Source: an uncultured Rickettsiales bacterium (GTDB taxonomy: Bacteria; Pseudomonadota; Alphaproteobacteria; Rickettsiales; SXRF01). Taken from it: a DNA stretch of 46,001 bases. Location of the stretch: the NCBI GenBank assembly GCA_964409675.1, contig CAYPEF010000004.1, positions 1 through 46,001 of the forward strand, in the 5' to 3' direction. The translations under genes and the position numbers were made by a program. Shown here in pieces: positions 45,706 through 46,001 of the stretch (positions are counted from its first letter, which is position 1; every line of letters begins with the position of its first letter). The notes beneath the pieces were generated by a model, which saw only the letters and a list, made by a program, of their open reading frames with translations, was not told where the DNA came from and ran no database searches.

Positions 45706-45813
45706 TCCGGCAATTTGCGCATCGATTGCAGCCTCACCCTCCGCCTGCGCTGCAAGCGAAAGATGATGAATAATACTACCCGATATACAGCAAGCATTTA
45801 TAACCGACTGTAT

Positions 45814-46001
45814 TTACTGATCGGCAAGGATTTCACTTTCCAATGGCCGGTATTGCCTGCGGATTGCCTGCAATGTTTCCATTCCTTCCTTCGTGAGAAT
45901 GAAGCCACCCGATGCCTGATTCCCCCCTTTCATTAGATCGCAGGAGTGCAACGCTTTTTTCAGAATGTCACATGCCTGCCTGAATTCGGCGCTGCGGTAA
46001 T
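45814..46001 (-). CDS. partial ORF (C-terminal 62 codons; continues beyond the window)
   Basis: My own translation of the minus strand gives ...YRSAEFRQACDILKKALHSCDLMKGGNQASGGFILTKEGMETLQAIRRQYRPLESEILADQ-stop. Function unknown. Confidence 0.3.
   Translation of the reverse strand, partial: YRSAEFRQACDILKKALHSCDLMKGGNQASGGFILTKEGMETLQAIRRQYRPLESEILADQ

Overview
GC-rich, alphaproteobacterium-like chromosomal segment. Organism is not identifiable from sequence alone. Most of it is housekeeping: dps; a yejB/E/F-type peptide ABC operon; an OmpR/HK two-component pair; hemW; the lpoA-like/rsmI/yraN/BON cluster; htpX; hisBHAFE; hslV; murJ; yaaA; mscL; priA; tal; DUF484-xerC; rlmI-like; yciB; phoB. 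The accessory DNA is concentrated in a few places. (1) Positions 1-6890 are the right part of an integrative element abutting tRNA-Ser(UGA). It carries a tyrosine integrase, an AlpA-like gene, a two-piece Toprim primase, a DUF3987 helicase-like gene and a GGTAGC iteron array. Its cargo is a stand-alone group-II-intron-like reverse transcriptase preceded by a roughly 250-nt leader with no convincing protein. This is my best candidate for an RNA-templated defence-type system. Its left end is outside the window. (2) The yej operon has been remodelled by an in-operon alpha/beta hydrolase, a small membrane protein, and a DUF559 cassette bounded by about 40-bp inverted repeats. The same repeat pair occurs 'empty' at 43.8 kb. 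(3) A degenerate PP2C-like gene sits between the response regulator and the histidine kinase. (4) A 1225-aa protein carries colinear but mutated phosphoenolpyruvate-carboxylase signature motifs. (5) Orphan VirB2-like and Flp-like pilin genes, a VapBC pair and AT-rich foreign ORFs (next to hslV and after phoB) are scattered through the core. There is no CRISPR array and no rRNA. All functional calls come from motifs read by eye in the supplied translations; no database search was possible.
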